Assembly: GCA_049697055.1 (NCBI GenBank)
Contig: JBAVVA010000020.1
Location: 219-64,218, forward strand
Reading direction: 5' to 3'
DNA: 64,000 nt
Origin: Candidatus Aminicenantales bacterium
GTDB lineage: Bacteria > Acidobacteriota > Aminicenantia > Aminicenantales > JAFGAV01
Made by a program: the position numbers and the translations under genes
Notes under the pieces: generated by a model
Told to the model about the DNA's origin: nothing
The model's input: the letters and a program-made list of their open reading frames with translations, nothing else
Database searches by the model: none
Part shown: positions 16,704 to 27,548 of the stretch, piece by piece
How the letters are laid out: every line of letters begins with the position of its first letter
Numbering within the stretch: position 1 is the stretch's first letter

Positions 16704-19602
16704 GATATTTTTTTTGCATAATGGGTTCAATTTTTTGGATTTGATACGATGAACAAACGTCTCACCTCCCTGGCCATCCCTCTCATCCTCATTCTCCTCG
16801 GCCTGGGAGGGTTCAATATCTATCGCCGCGTCACTTGGAAAGAACCGACGGACGGAGTGCAGTGGGCGGAACGGTCCACCGGCCTCATCGCGGTCAAGGT
16901 CATCAGAGACAGCCCGGCCTATCTGTCCGGGATCAAACTGGGCGACATCCTGTTCAAGATCAACGGCAATCCGGTCAAGAACCGAGCCGACCAGGTTAAG
17001 CTGCTGTGGGTGATCTACCAAACGGGCCAGAAGGCTATCTACGAGATCGGAAGGGAAGGGCAGCCTCCCCTGTCCCCTTCCTTCTATCTGGCCGTCAAAG
17101 GCACGGCTTTGAGCTATTATTATCTGGCCCTGGTGGGGCTCACCGCCTTCGTCATCGGACTTGTCGTCCTGTTCAGCGCGAAATCCCCTTTGACCCTGCC
17201 CTACATTTATTTCTATCTGGCCTCCCTCTGCTTGTATGCCATGTATATCTTCTCTCCCACCGGCCAGCTCGACACATTCGACAGCCTCTTCTTCTGGCTG
17301 GATAAGCTGGCCTTCCTGTTCTTTCCGCCCCTTCTCTTCCACTACTTCAGCATCTTCCCCCAACGGAAGAGGTTTCTAAAGCGCCTGCCCGCCCTCCCCA
17401 TCGTCTTCTACATCCCCGCCCTGCTCCTGCTGGCCGGCCAGGCAGCCCTATTCCTCCCCTGGTTCCAGGGCCTGGAGTCGGGGCGGATGCTGGACCTTTA
17501 CGGCGGGCTGGATAAGATCGGGCTTCTCCACTTCTGCGCTTTCGCCCTGCTGACCATCGGCACGACTTATCACAGCGCCCGCCGCACCTCGAGCGTCCTG
17601 GTCCGCAAGCAGTACACCTGGATCGCTTACGGCCTGGGCATCGGCACCATCCCCTTCCTGGCCTTGGACGCCATCCCCCACCTTGTGGGCCGGGTGCCCA
17701 CGGGCACCGGCGAGCTGACCATCCTCTTTCAGGCGCTCATCCCATTGACCGTGGCCTATTCCATCTCTCGGCATAAAATCATGGATTTCGAGATCGTCCT
17801 TAAAAAGGCCGCCACCCTGGCTTTTTCCTACTTCGTCATCGCCAGCCTCTACCTGGTAGTCAGCTCCCAGACGAGATTTTTCTCCGAAAACCGGCTGAAC
17901 GTGGTCATCCTGGGAGTGCTGGCCATCGTCCTGGGGGCCACGCTTTTCGGCCCGCTGAAAAAGCTCTTTCAGTCCATTCTCGACCGAGTCTTTTATAGGC
18001 GCAGCTACAAGTACCGAAAAACGCTTCTATTCATCAGTCAGGAGTTGAGCCGGGAGCGCAACCTTCAGCAGCTCAGCCAGCGGCTGCTGGAACTCATCGC
18101 CAACGCCCTATCCTTGAAAGGCATCGCCCTGCTGCTGACCGAGGAGAAAGTGCCCCATGCTTTCTCCCTCCTCCAGGCCAGGGGAGAATTCCCTCCCCTG
18201 CCCTCCCGGATCATCCTCGACCCGGACCTCTTCCAGTCCTTCAAGGAATCGGAGCATTTGTCCTACTACGCCTTCCCCGACCGGCGCGACCTTCGCTTCC
18301 GCCTGGAGAAACTATCGGTGTGGGGCTTCTTTCAGTTCATGCCCCTCAAGGTCGAGGACAAGTTCATCGGCTGCTTGGCCATGAGCAAAAAAACGAATGC
18401 CGCCTACCTCACCAGCGAGGACTGGGAGCTGCTGACTACCATCTCCTACCCGGTGGCCTTGGCCCTGGAGAACGCCTATCTCTACGACCAGGCCAGCCTG
18501 CGGACCATGGAAATGGAACGGCTCAAGGATTACAGCGAGAACATCATCGAAAGCCTGACCGTGGGCGTGGCCGTCCTCGACCAGGAGGGAAAAATCATCG
18601 GCTGGAACCGGGTCCTGGAAGAGACCTTCCTCCGCCGGAAGGACAGCGTCCTGGGGCAGAGCCTGTCGGCCATGATCGGTGAGACGAACTTCTCGGCCAT
18701 ATTCCTCCCCGACACCCAGCAGGAGTACCAACTGCTGAGCGAGATCCGCATGGACATCCGTCCCGGCTTGACCAAGATCTTCGACATCGCCAAAACCCCT
18801 CTCCTGGACAACCGGCTCAACCCCTACGGCACGATCATCGTCTTCGAGGACATCACCGACAAGATCATGCTTCAGCAGCAGCTGATAACCTCGGAGAAAC
18901 TGGCCTCCATCGGGCTGCTGTCGGCCGGCGTGGCTCACGAGATCAACACGCCCTTGACCGGCATCTCCAGCTACGTGCAAATGCTGCAGAAAAGGCTGAC
19001 CGATCCCCATTTCGCCCAGATCCTGGAGAAAATAGAGGCCCAGACCGACCGGGTGGCACGGATCATCAAAAACCTGCTCAACTTCGCCCGGAACCCCTCC
19101 GGGATCGCCTTCAGCCGGGTCAACCTCATCGACAACCTGAAGGAAATCCTGGCCCTCATCGAGTATAAACTGAAGGCCATGAACATCCGGCTGGAATTCA
19201 ACTCCGCGCCGCTGCGGCCCATCTGGGCTCAAGGCGAGCGGCTGCAGCAGGTCTTCATCAACATCATCCTCAACGCCCTGGACGCCATGCCCGAGGGCGG
19301 CATCCTGCGCCTCGACATCAGTCAGCAGAACAGCGAGGCCCTGGTGCGCATCGCCGATACGGGCACGGGCATCAAGAAAGACCACCTGCCTCGGATCTTC
19401 GACCCCTTCTTCACCACTAAGGGTCTGGGCAAGGGAACCGGGCTGGGGCTGTCCATCAGCTATGCCATCATTAAAGAACACGAGGGTAGGATCACCGTGG
19501 AGAGCCTGGAGGGCAAAGGCTCGACCTTCAGCGTGGTGCTGCCCATGGACTTGGACGTCCGACGCCGGCATCCGGAAAACTCTCGCCCTCAAGGAACAAA
19601 CC

Positions 19603-20991
<1,389 letters not shown>

Positions 20992-21017
20992 CGCTCCGCC
21001 TTGTCAGTTTTGAGCCT

Positions 21018-23642
21018 CTAGCGGACAACCGTCAGGCGTCCCGGCACGAGCCTGACCGGGTTGACCTTCACCTCGGCGAGCCAGCCGCGGAAGGGCAGGC
21101 TGAAGGATGCCTCCTTCGTTTCCACAATGATTTTTCGGTTGATCTTGTTTCCCGCCTCGGACCATTCCAGCCAGAGGGGAAAGATAAAAACGTCGGACTT
21201 CTGGTTGACCTCGACCTGGAGAAAACGCTCCTGGCCCTTTTTGACCTCGCTCAGAATGATCCTGGCCTCGGGCAGGGTGTAGGAATCGAACCACGGCCCG
21301 AAGAACACATCGAGCTTTCGTCCGGAGGCCTGCTCCATAGCCTGGATGAAATCGCCCGTGCTGGCCGCGCCGTAGCGATGCCTGGAGAAGAAATCCCTGA
21401 TTCCGGACCAGAAGGCCTCCGGGCCGATGATTTCCTGGAGGAGGTTCAGGACGGCCGAAGTCTTGTTGTAGAGAATAGCCTGGTAGGCATCGAAATTAAG
21501 AAAACTGAGCCGTGAGCCGAGAGAGATTTGTCCCCACACGGACAGCTTGTCCGTCCATTGACAGAACCTATCCATGATGGAGGTGTAAGTCCGCTCGCCG
21601 TATTTCCGTCTCAGGAACTGGGTCGTGCCGAACTGAGCCAGCCCCTCGCTGAGCCACTGGTCACGATAGGATTTCCAGGTCAGGCCTTGGCCCCACCATT
21701 GATGGGCGATCTCATGGGCGACGAAATATTCCTTCCAGCGGGAAAGGTCCACGGGGCTGGCCGCATTGAGGAACGGCTGGTTGCTCTCCACCGAGCGCGG
21801 CAACTCATTCAGGACGGCGAATGAGGCGGGGCTGTGGCCTCCTCCGGAAGACCACAGGCGGTGGATGACGGCCAGTTTCTCGTAGGGGAAAGGACCGAAC
21901 AGCGCTTCATAGAAATCGAGAATTTCGCTGATTGTTGAAATGGTCAGCTTTCTGAGGAACATATTAGAGGTCACGTAATAACTCACCGGCAGGGGTTGGG
22001 CGATTTCGCCTTCCAGGTCGAAATCGCCGACTATGAAGGACAGATACTTGACCGGTTTTTGGGTATTAAAGACAAACATCACTCGCCCGGATTTGTTGGG
22101 TTCCCCCTCTGTCGGCGGGCCGTTGAACGTGGAGCGCTCCTGGAGCAGGCCGTTGGCTTGGCAAGAATATTCCGGCGGGACGATGATGCTCTGCTGGGCG
22201 GTGAAGTAGTCTTCCTCGGAAGGCTCGGGATACCAGGCGGCCGAACGGCTGAAGAGGAAACTGTCGTAGCGGGGAGGAGTCAGGATCAGCGTTTCGCCGA
22301 ACTGCCCGGCCGAAACGATATCGGTGGTCTGCTCGGGCGGGAGCAGCCGGCCGCGGTAATGGATGTCGAGGGAAAAAATCGTATTCTGATTGCAGGACTC
22401 CAACAAATAGATATACAGCAAATCCCGGAGCTTATCCTGGGTATAAAACAACTCCCGCCCCTTGGAGTCTAGGATGCGGACGATCTCCAGGTCCCGGTTG
22501 AGGCGGAACTTCAGGCTGTCCAGAGAATCCCTGTTGGATAGGACGAAAACTCTGGCCCGGACCGAAAGCCAGGTCGTCTGAGGCCAGAAGCGGACCTCCA
22601 GGTCATAATGCTGGACGTCGAATTTCTCCTGGAAGGAGATGAACATATTTTTCCCCGCGCCTTGCCCGGGCGGAGAATAAAGGTTGATCAGCCTCTGCCT
22701 GGGCTGTTCGATGAGATGAATCTCTTCCTGAGCAAAGGGCGTGAAAATGTAGGAGAACTCCTTCTTCTGGCTCGTCTGGAACTCAAGGATGGCCTCCTCC
22801 CCCTGGGGCAGGAAGGAGAGGCGCTCCCGGCCCAGGGAACTGACCACGGTGAAAAAGCGGGGGTAATGCTTATCGAAAAGGGCCGCCGCCCTGGTCCTGA
22901 CCGCCTCGGAAAGGGCGACGGGCCGGCTGGCCTCGTTCTGTTCAATCCGGATATTCTCATTGAAAAAGGAATCGGAGAACCGGCAGAAGGCATACTCGAT
23001 TTTTTCTTGGAGCTGGCGGGTCCGGTAGGCCAGTTCGAGCTGATGCTCTTCTTTCGGATCGGAGGGCCTATAAGAAACAAGCCCAGGGCCCATGACCAGG
23101 AGGGCCGTCTCCAGGCCGGGTATATTATCGTAGAAGACTAAAGCGTTGGTGAAGGTGAGGGAGATGTCCTGGTGGCTGATCTCAACCCGCGAGGCGAGCT
23201 CGACCCGCTCGGAAGGGAGCTTAATCTTGTACAAGAGGCCGAGGTCGCCCCTGACCAACTTATCGGCAATCAGCCAGCCCCCGCCGTTTCGCTCCAGGCG
23301 GAGCTCCCAATACTGGACAAAGGCCGAATAATCATTCTCAAAAATCGCCTGGAAAAAGACCCGCCCATCATCCGCGGCAACGGCCTTTTCACTCGACAAA
23401 AAAAAGGAAGCCCGGTCCATGGTAAAGATTTCGAAAAGTCTGCGCTGGAAAACGGCTTCCTGTTCTCGGATGGCTGGGGCAAAGAAGTCCACATAGGCCG
23501 TGCTGTTCTTGTCCATGATGGAGGCCCGCAGCTTGGCGGCCAGGTCATCGAGCCCCTGACCGGCCGGCAGCAAATCCGAAGCCTGGGATAGGATAAAAAA
23601 TAGCCAAAAGAAAAGGGTCGCCCGAGCCGCTTTATTGGTCAT
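21018..23642 (-). CDS. M1-family zinc metallopeptidase (aminopeptidase N-like) with long N-terminal extension, secreted
   Basis: 'VAHEIAHQWWG' + E 18 residues downstream (HEXXH-X18-E); start at internal ATG giving signal peptide 'MTNKAARATLFFWLFFILSQA'. Confidence 0.8.
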   Translation of the reverse strand: MTNKAARATLFFWLFFILSQASDLLPAGQGLDDLAAKLRASIMDKNSTAYVDFFAPAIREQEAVFQRRLFEIFTMDRASFFLSSEKAVAADDGRVFFQAIFENDYSAFVQYWELRLERNGGGWLIADKLVRGDLGLLYKIKLPSERVELASRVEISHQDISLTFTNALVFYDNIPGLETALLVMGPGLVSYRPSDPKEEHQLELAYRTRQLQEKIEYAFCRFSDSFFNENIRIEQNEASRPVALSEAVRTRAAALFDKHYPRFFTVVSSLGRERLSFLPQGEEAILEFQTSQKKEFSYIFTPFAQEEIHLIEQPRQRLINLYSPPGQGAGKNMFISFQEKFDVQHYDLEVRFWPQTTWLSVRARVFVLSNRDSLDSLKFRLNRDLEIVRILDSKGRELFYTQDKLRDLLYIYLLESCNQNTIFSLDIHYRGRLLPPEQTTDIVSAGQFGETLILTPPRYDSFLFSRSAAWYPEPSEEDYFTAQQSIIVPPEYSCQANGLLQERSTFNGPPTEGEPNKSGRVMFVFNTQKPVKYLSFIVGDFDLEGEIAQPLPVSYYVTSNMFLRKLTISTISEILDFYEALFGPFPYEKLAVIHRLWSSGGGHSPASFAVLNELPRSVESNQPFLNAASPVDLSRWKEYFVAHEIAHQWWGQGLTWKSYRDQWLSEGLAQFGTTQFLRRKYGERTYTSIMDRFCQWTDKLSVWGQISLGSRLSFLNFDAYQAILYNKTSAVLNLLQEIIGPEAFWSGIRDFFSRHRYGAASTGDFIQAMEQASGRKLDVFFGPWFDSYTLPEARIILSEVKKGQERFLQVEVNQKSDVFIFPLWLEWSEAGNKINRKIIVETKEASFSLPFRGWLAEVKVNPVRLVPGRLTVVR

Positions 23643-23793
23643 GGATGGTCCGCCCTTATATCGATCATGGCCACAGATACCAATTTTTATTTGCAGTATT
23701 TGTGCCAAGAAAAATAAGGCTTTTCTAGATATAAATTCTAAACCAAGGCTAAAAAAATGTAAATTCTTTTTACAGCGGAATCTGGAACACGGT

Positions 23794-24099
23794 TTATTTT
23801 TTCAATAGTCTGTGGAGGATGCCCTCGATGTCCTTGACTTTGCCCTCCAGCCGGCCTTTGGCCCCCTCCCGGTCATCGATGGCAATATGGGTCATGACTC
23901 GGCCGGCCTCCTGCCTCATCTTGGAGTGGCACTCTTTAATCAAGGCCAACACGGCCTCCCATTCTCCCTCGACGATGGTCCCCATGGCCGTCACTTTATA
24001 GGGCAAGCCGCTGTGGTCAATAATGTCCAGGAGCTTGGCCACGGGCCCGGCCAGCTCTTCGCCGCGGCCTATGGGCACGATGCTGAATTCAACTACCAT
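23794..24099 (-). CDS. MTH1187/YkoF-family (DUF77) small protein
   Basis: 101 aa 'MVVEFSIVPIG...' family-typical size and N-terminus. Confidence 0.65.
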   Translation of the reverse strand: MVVEFSIVPIGRGEELAGPVAKLLDIIDHSGLPYKVTAMGTIVEGEWEAVLALIKECHSKMRQEAGRVMTHIAIDDREGAKGRLEGKVKDIEGILHRLLKK

Positions 24100-24550
24100 T
24101 ATTTCTCTCCTTGCGCCGCTCTTCTTCCTTTCTCTTGCGCAGGTCTTCCTCCCAGGTCACAAAGCTGTGGTAGAAGACGGCATCTCCCTCGTCGATGCCG
24201 CGGGTGATCTCGGTGATGTGCGAGGTCGAGGCGCCGAAGGCCTCCACGGCAAAAAAAACCGCTTTTTCCGGGTCCACTTCCGCGCCGCAGGTGTAGATGT
24301 CGAGCGCTCCGTAGCCGTGTTCGGGCCAGGTGTGGATGGAGATGTGAGATTCGGAGATAACCACCACGCCGCTGACGCCGTTGGGCGGGAATCGGCTGAA
24401 GGAGATAGCCCACACTTTGGCGCCGGCTATCTCAGCGGACTTGACCAGGATTTGTTGCACCTTCTCTATGCTGCCGATGATGTTCGGGTCGCAGTTTGAG
24501 GCTTCCACGATGTAATGATGGCCGATGGTCTGGAATTCCTTCTCCGCCAT
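24089..24550 (-). CDS. speH: S-adenosylmethionine decarboxylase proenzyme (pyruvoyl-dependent, SpeH type)
   Basis: Self-cleavage motif 'VVVISESHISIHTWPE'. Confidence 0.85.
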   Translation of the reverse strand: MAEKEFQTIGHHYIVEASNCDPNIIGSIEKVQQILVKSAEIAGAKVWAISFSRFPPNGVSGVVVISESHISIHTWPEHGYGALDIYTCGAEVDPEKAVFFAVEAFGASTSHITEITRGIDEGDAVFYHSFVTWEEDLRKRKEEERRKERNNGS

Positions 24551-24608
24551 ATCTCACCTCCTGCCCGGAAAAGCCCATTATGGCACAATGGGTCCGCCTG
24601 TCAATCAG

Positions 24609-25052
24609 TTACACCAGCACCCGCCGCTCTTCCTTGACCGTATTCAGCACGAGGTGGGTGACGCTGCGGTCCACGTTGGGCAGCGACAGCATTTTTTTAA
24701 TGAAGGCGTTGAGGTCATCCCGGCTGCGGAAACGGCCGATGACCAGGGAATCCCATTCGCCGGTGATGTCATAGACGGCGCTGACCCGGGGGTCCTCGCC
24801 AATACGCTTTTGCGTTTCGAGCAGCTTCCCTTTGGAGATGCGCAGGGCAATGATGGCCGTCAGGTCCAGGCCGAAAGCGGCGGCATTGACCACGGGAATA
24901 TAGCCCTGGACGGCGCCCGTGCTCTCCATCTGCTTCACTTTATGGATAACGGAGGTGACCGAGGTGCCCGCTGCCTTGGCGATCTCGCGGAAGCTCTGAC
25001 GGGCGTTGACATTCATTATACCGATGATCTTCCGGTCAAGGTCGTCGATCAT
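24609..25052 (-). CDS. lrp: Lrp/AsnC-family transcriptional regulator
   Basis: N-terminal HTH 'LDRKIIGIMNVNARQSFREIAKAAGTS', C-terminal RAM domain; divergent from glnA. Confidence 0.85.
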   Translation of the reverse strand: MIDDLDRKIIGIMNVNARQSFREIAKAAGTSVTSVIHKVKQMESTGAVQGYIPVVNAAAFGLDLTAIIALRISKGKLLETQKRIGEDPRVSAVYDITGEWDSLVIGRFRSRDDLNAFIKKMLSLPNVDRSVTHLVLNTVKEERRVLV

Positions 25053-25210
25053 GGGCTCCTCCTTGATCTATTGAACTTATTTTTACGTTATTTGATGTCA
25101 ATTGTCAATAAATAAGATTTTTAGCTTGACATTTGACTTTTATTAATTTATATTTTGCTACAATAAGCATGGCCCAAGATAGAGCTTCATATAAAAAAGG
25201 AGGCCCGCTC
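25053..25210. promoter_or_regulatory. AT-rich divergent lrp/glnA control region with direct repeats TTGTCAAT-TGTCAATA and TTGACATTTGAC
   Basis: Visibly AT-rich relative to flanks; repeats read directly; RBS aaaaaggagg before glnA ATG. Confidence 0.4.
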
Positions 25211-26614
25211 ATGACCCCCACGGCCAAAACGTCCAAGCCCTTCGGCTTCAAGTCCGAAGAGGATGTGCTGAGGTACGTCCGGACTCCGGCTCACAATATC
25301 GAATTCATCAGGGTGATATTCCCCGATATCCTGGGCCGGCCCATGGACTTCACCTTTCCCCGCGAAGAGTTGGAGTCGGCCTTCCGGGAGGGGAAAGGCT
25401 TCGACGGATCCTCCATCGAGGGGTTCGTCCGCATCGAAGAAAGCGACCTGGTCATCCGGCCGGAAGCCCGCACCTTCCGCGTCCTGCCCTGGGAATACGC
25501 CGGCTTCCAGCCGGACACCCGCTGGCGGGAAGGCGTCATGTTCGGAGACATTCTGACCCCGGAGGGGAGGCCCTACGAGGCCGACACGCGCCGGATTCTC
25601 CGAGAGGCCTTGAAAAAGGCTAAAACGGAATTCGGGGTTGATGACTTCAAGGTGGGGCCCGAGCTCGAATTCTTTTTCTTCCCCTCCAATAAAGAAGCCC
25701 GTCCCCTGGACGAAGGCGGCTACTTCTTTTCCGGCCACCACGGCGAGGTCCGCAAGGAAATCCAACTCCTGCTGAAGAAAATGGGTATCGCCTCCGAGTA
25801 CGATCATCACGAAGTGGCCCACGGCCAGCACGAGATTGATCTGAGGTACGGCGGGGCGCTGGACATGGCCGACATCGGGATGCTCTTCCGCTACATGGTG
25901 AAGAAAGTGGCCCGCATGCACGGCCTGTATGCCACCTTCATGCCCAAACCCCTTAACGGCCATAACGGCAGCGGCATGCACGTCCACCAGTCGCTGTGGC
26001 GCGGAGGCAAAAATATTTTCTTCGACCCCAAAGACCGTTACCACCTCTCGGCTACGGCCCGCCACTATGTGGCCGGTCTGATGACCTATGCCCGGGAAAT
26101 TTCCTCCGTGCTCAGCCAGTGGGTCAATTCCTACAAGCGCCTGATCGAGGGCTACGAGGCGCCGGTTTACATCGCCTGGGGCCAGCGCAACCGCTCGGCC
26201 TACATCCGAGTGCCCCAGTACCAGCCGGGCAAAGAGCACGCCACCCGCATTGAACTGCGCTGCCCGGACCCGGGCTGCAACCTCTACCTGGCCCTGACGG
26301 TGATGCTGGCCGCCGGGCTGCGGGGCCTAAAGGACAAGTCTCCCCTGGCCTCCTCGATCGAGGAAAACATTTATCATATGAGCAATGCCCGCCAGAAACA
26401 GTTCGCCATAAAAACCCTGCCGCGCAACCTGGAGGAGGCGATCAAGCTCACCGAGAAGAGTGACCTGGTCCGGGGGGCGCTGGGCGAGGTCCTTTTTCAG
26501 AAATTCCTGGCCAACAAACGGGAGGAGATCGAGGAGTACAATCAGAACGTATCCGGCGAATATGAAAAGCAGGTCAGCGACTACGAAGTCCAGAAATACA
26601 TGGTCTTTCTCTGA
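25211..26614 (+). CDS. glnA: Glutamine synthetase type I
   Basis: ATG 25211 after RBS aaaaggagg; 'KPLNGHNGSGMHVHQSLW' ATP-binding signature, 'GFDGSSIEGF', 'DPGCNLYLAL'. Confidence 0.9.
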   Translation: MTPTAKTSKPFGFKSEEDVLRYVRTPAHNIEFIRVIFPDILGRPMDFTFPREELESAFREGKGFDGSSIEGFVRIEESDLVIRPEARTFRVLPWEYAGFQPDTRWREGVMFGDILTPEGRPYEADTRRILREALKKAKTEFGVDDFKVGPELEFFFFPSNKEARPLDEGGYFFSGHHGEVRKEIQLLLKKMGIASEYDHHEVAHGQHEIDLRYGGALDMADIGMLFRYMVKKVARMHGLYATFMPKPLNGHNGSGMHVHQSLWRGGKNIFFDPKDRYHLSATARHYVAGLMTYAREISSVLSQWVNSYKRLIEGYEAPVYIAWGQRNRSAYIRVPQYQPGKEHATRIELRCPDPGCNLYLALTVMLAAGLRGLKDKSPLASSIEENIYHMSNARQKQFAIKTLPRNLEEAIKLTEKSDLVRGALGEVLFQKFLANKREEIEEYNQNVSGEYEKQVSDYEVQKYMVFL

Positions 26615-26815
26615 TTATAGAGTCCATTAAGTCGTCCGCTGTTTTCACCATCTCCTCCACGGCGGGGGGAGGACTGTCGGTGGAAAAATAAATAATCAAG
26701 ACAAAATATCCCAGCCTCATGATGGAGTTCCAAGCCGGGATCAGAAAATGGGAATATAGGAGTCAATAATCCCCCGGCTAAAACAAGGGGAATGCCGCAA
26801 GGTCCGGCCCTGCGC

Positions 26816-26845
26816 TTGACAAGCCGGAAAAAACTCTGATATAAG
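26816..26845 (+). promoter_or_regulatory. Near-consensus sigma70 promoter (TTGACA - 18 nt - TATAAG with TGn extension) for the nuoE-like/GOGAT operon
   Basis: 'cTTGACAagccggaaaaaactcTGaTATAAGttt' read directly; leaves ~225-nt 5' leader before the first CDS. Confidence 0.5.
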
Positions 26846-27074
26846 TTTGAGTTCTTTTATAGGTTGAGTTCGTATTTATCGGTTGAGAAGAGGAGTCATA
26901 CATTCTTAGCCTAGCGGTTTCTCCGCACCTTCAGGCGGGGGGAAGCGGCTCTTTCTCCGGCCTGAAATCAGCCTTCTCTGTTCGATTTCCAGCCCGGGCT
27001 CTATTCCCTCTGGCCCCCAGCCTCTGCCGCAGGGGGAATCAAGCTTGAGCCATATTGCCGTGGGAGGGATAGCG

Positions 27075-27548
27075 GTGCACGTCGAAACACAAAAAGTTAA
27101 GAAAATCCTGGCCGAGCATAAGAACCAGAAAAAAGCGCTCATCCCCATCCTCCAGGACATCCAAGCCGAATACAATTATCTTCCCCCCGAGGCCTTGAAG
27201 ATCGTCTCCCAAACCCTGGCCCTTCCCTTGATTGATGTGGTCGGTGTGGCCACCTTTTACCGGGCTTTCAGCTTAAAGCCTCGGGGCCAGAATGTGGTCA
27301 CGGTCTGCCTGGGAACGGCCTGTCACGTGAGAGGGGGGCCGAAAATTCTCGATGAATTTGAAAAAAAGTTGAACATCAAAGCTGGCGAAACGACAAAAGA
27401 CAATCACTTTACCCTGGAAATCGTCAACTGCCTGGGCGCCTGTGCCCTGGGTCCCATTACCGTCATCAATGGAAATTATTTCGGGCAGATGAAGATCAAA
27501 AACGTTGACCGCCTGATCAAGAAATTCGGCCCGGCCAAAAGGAGTTGA
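27075..27548 (+). CDS. NuoE/HoxE-like thioredoxin-fold [2Fe-2S] subunit (24-kDa subunit family)
   Basis: GTG 27075 with RBS gggaggga 5 nt upstream (TTG 27045 is an alternative start); 'ALIPILQDIQAEYNYLP', Cys ligands 'CLGTAC...CLGAC'. Confidence 0.8.
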   Translation: MHVETQKVKKILAEHKNQKKALIPILQDIQAEYNYLPPEALKIVSQTLALPLIDVVGVATFYRAFSLKPRGQNVVTVCLGTACHVRGGPKILDEFEKKLNIKAGETTKDNHFTLEIVNCLGACALGPITVINGNYFGQMKIKNVDRLIKKFGPAKRS

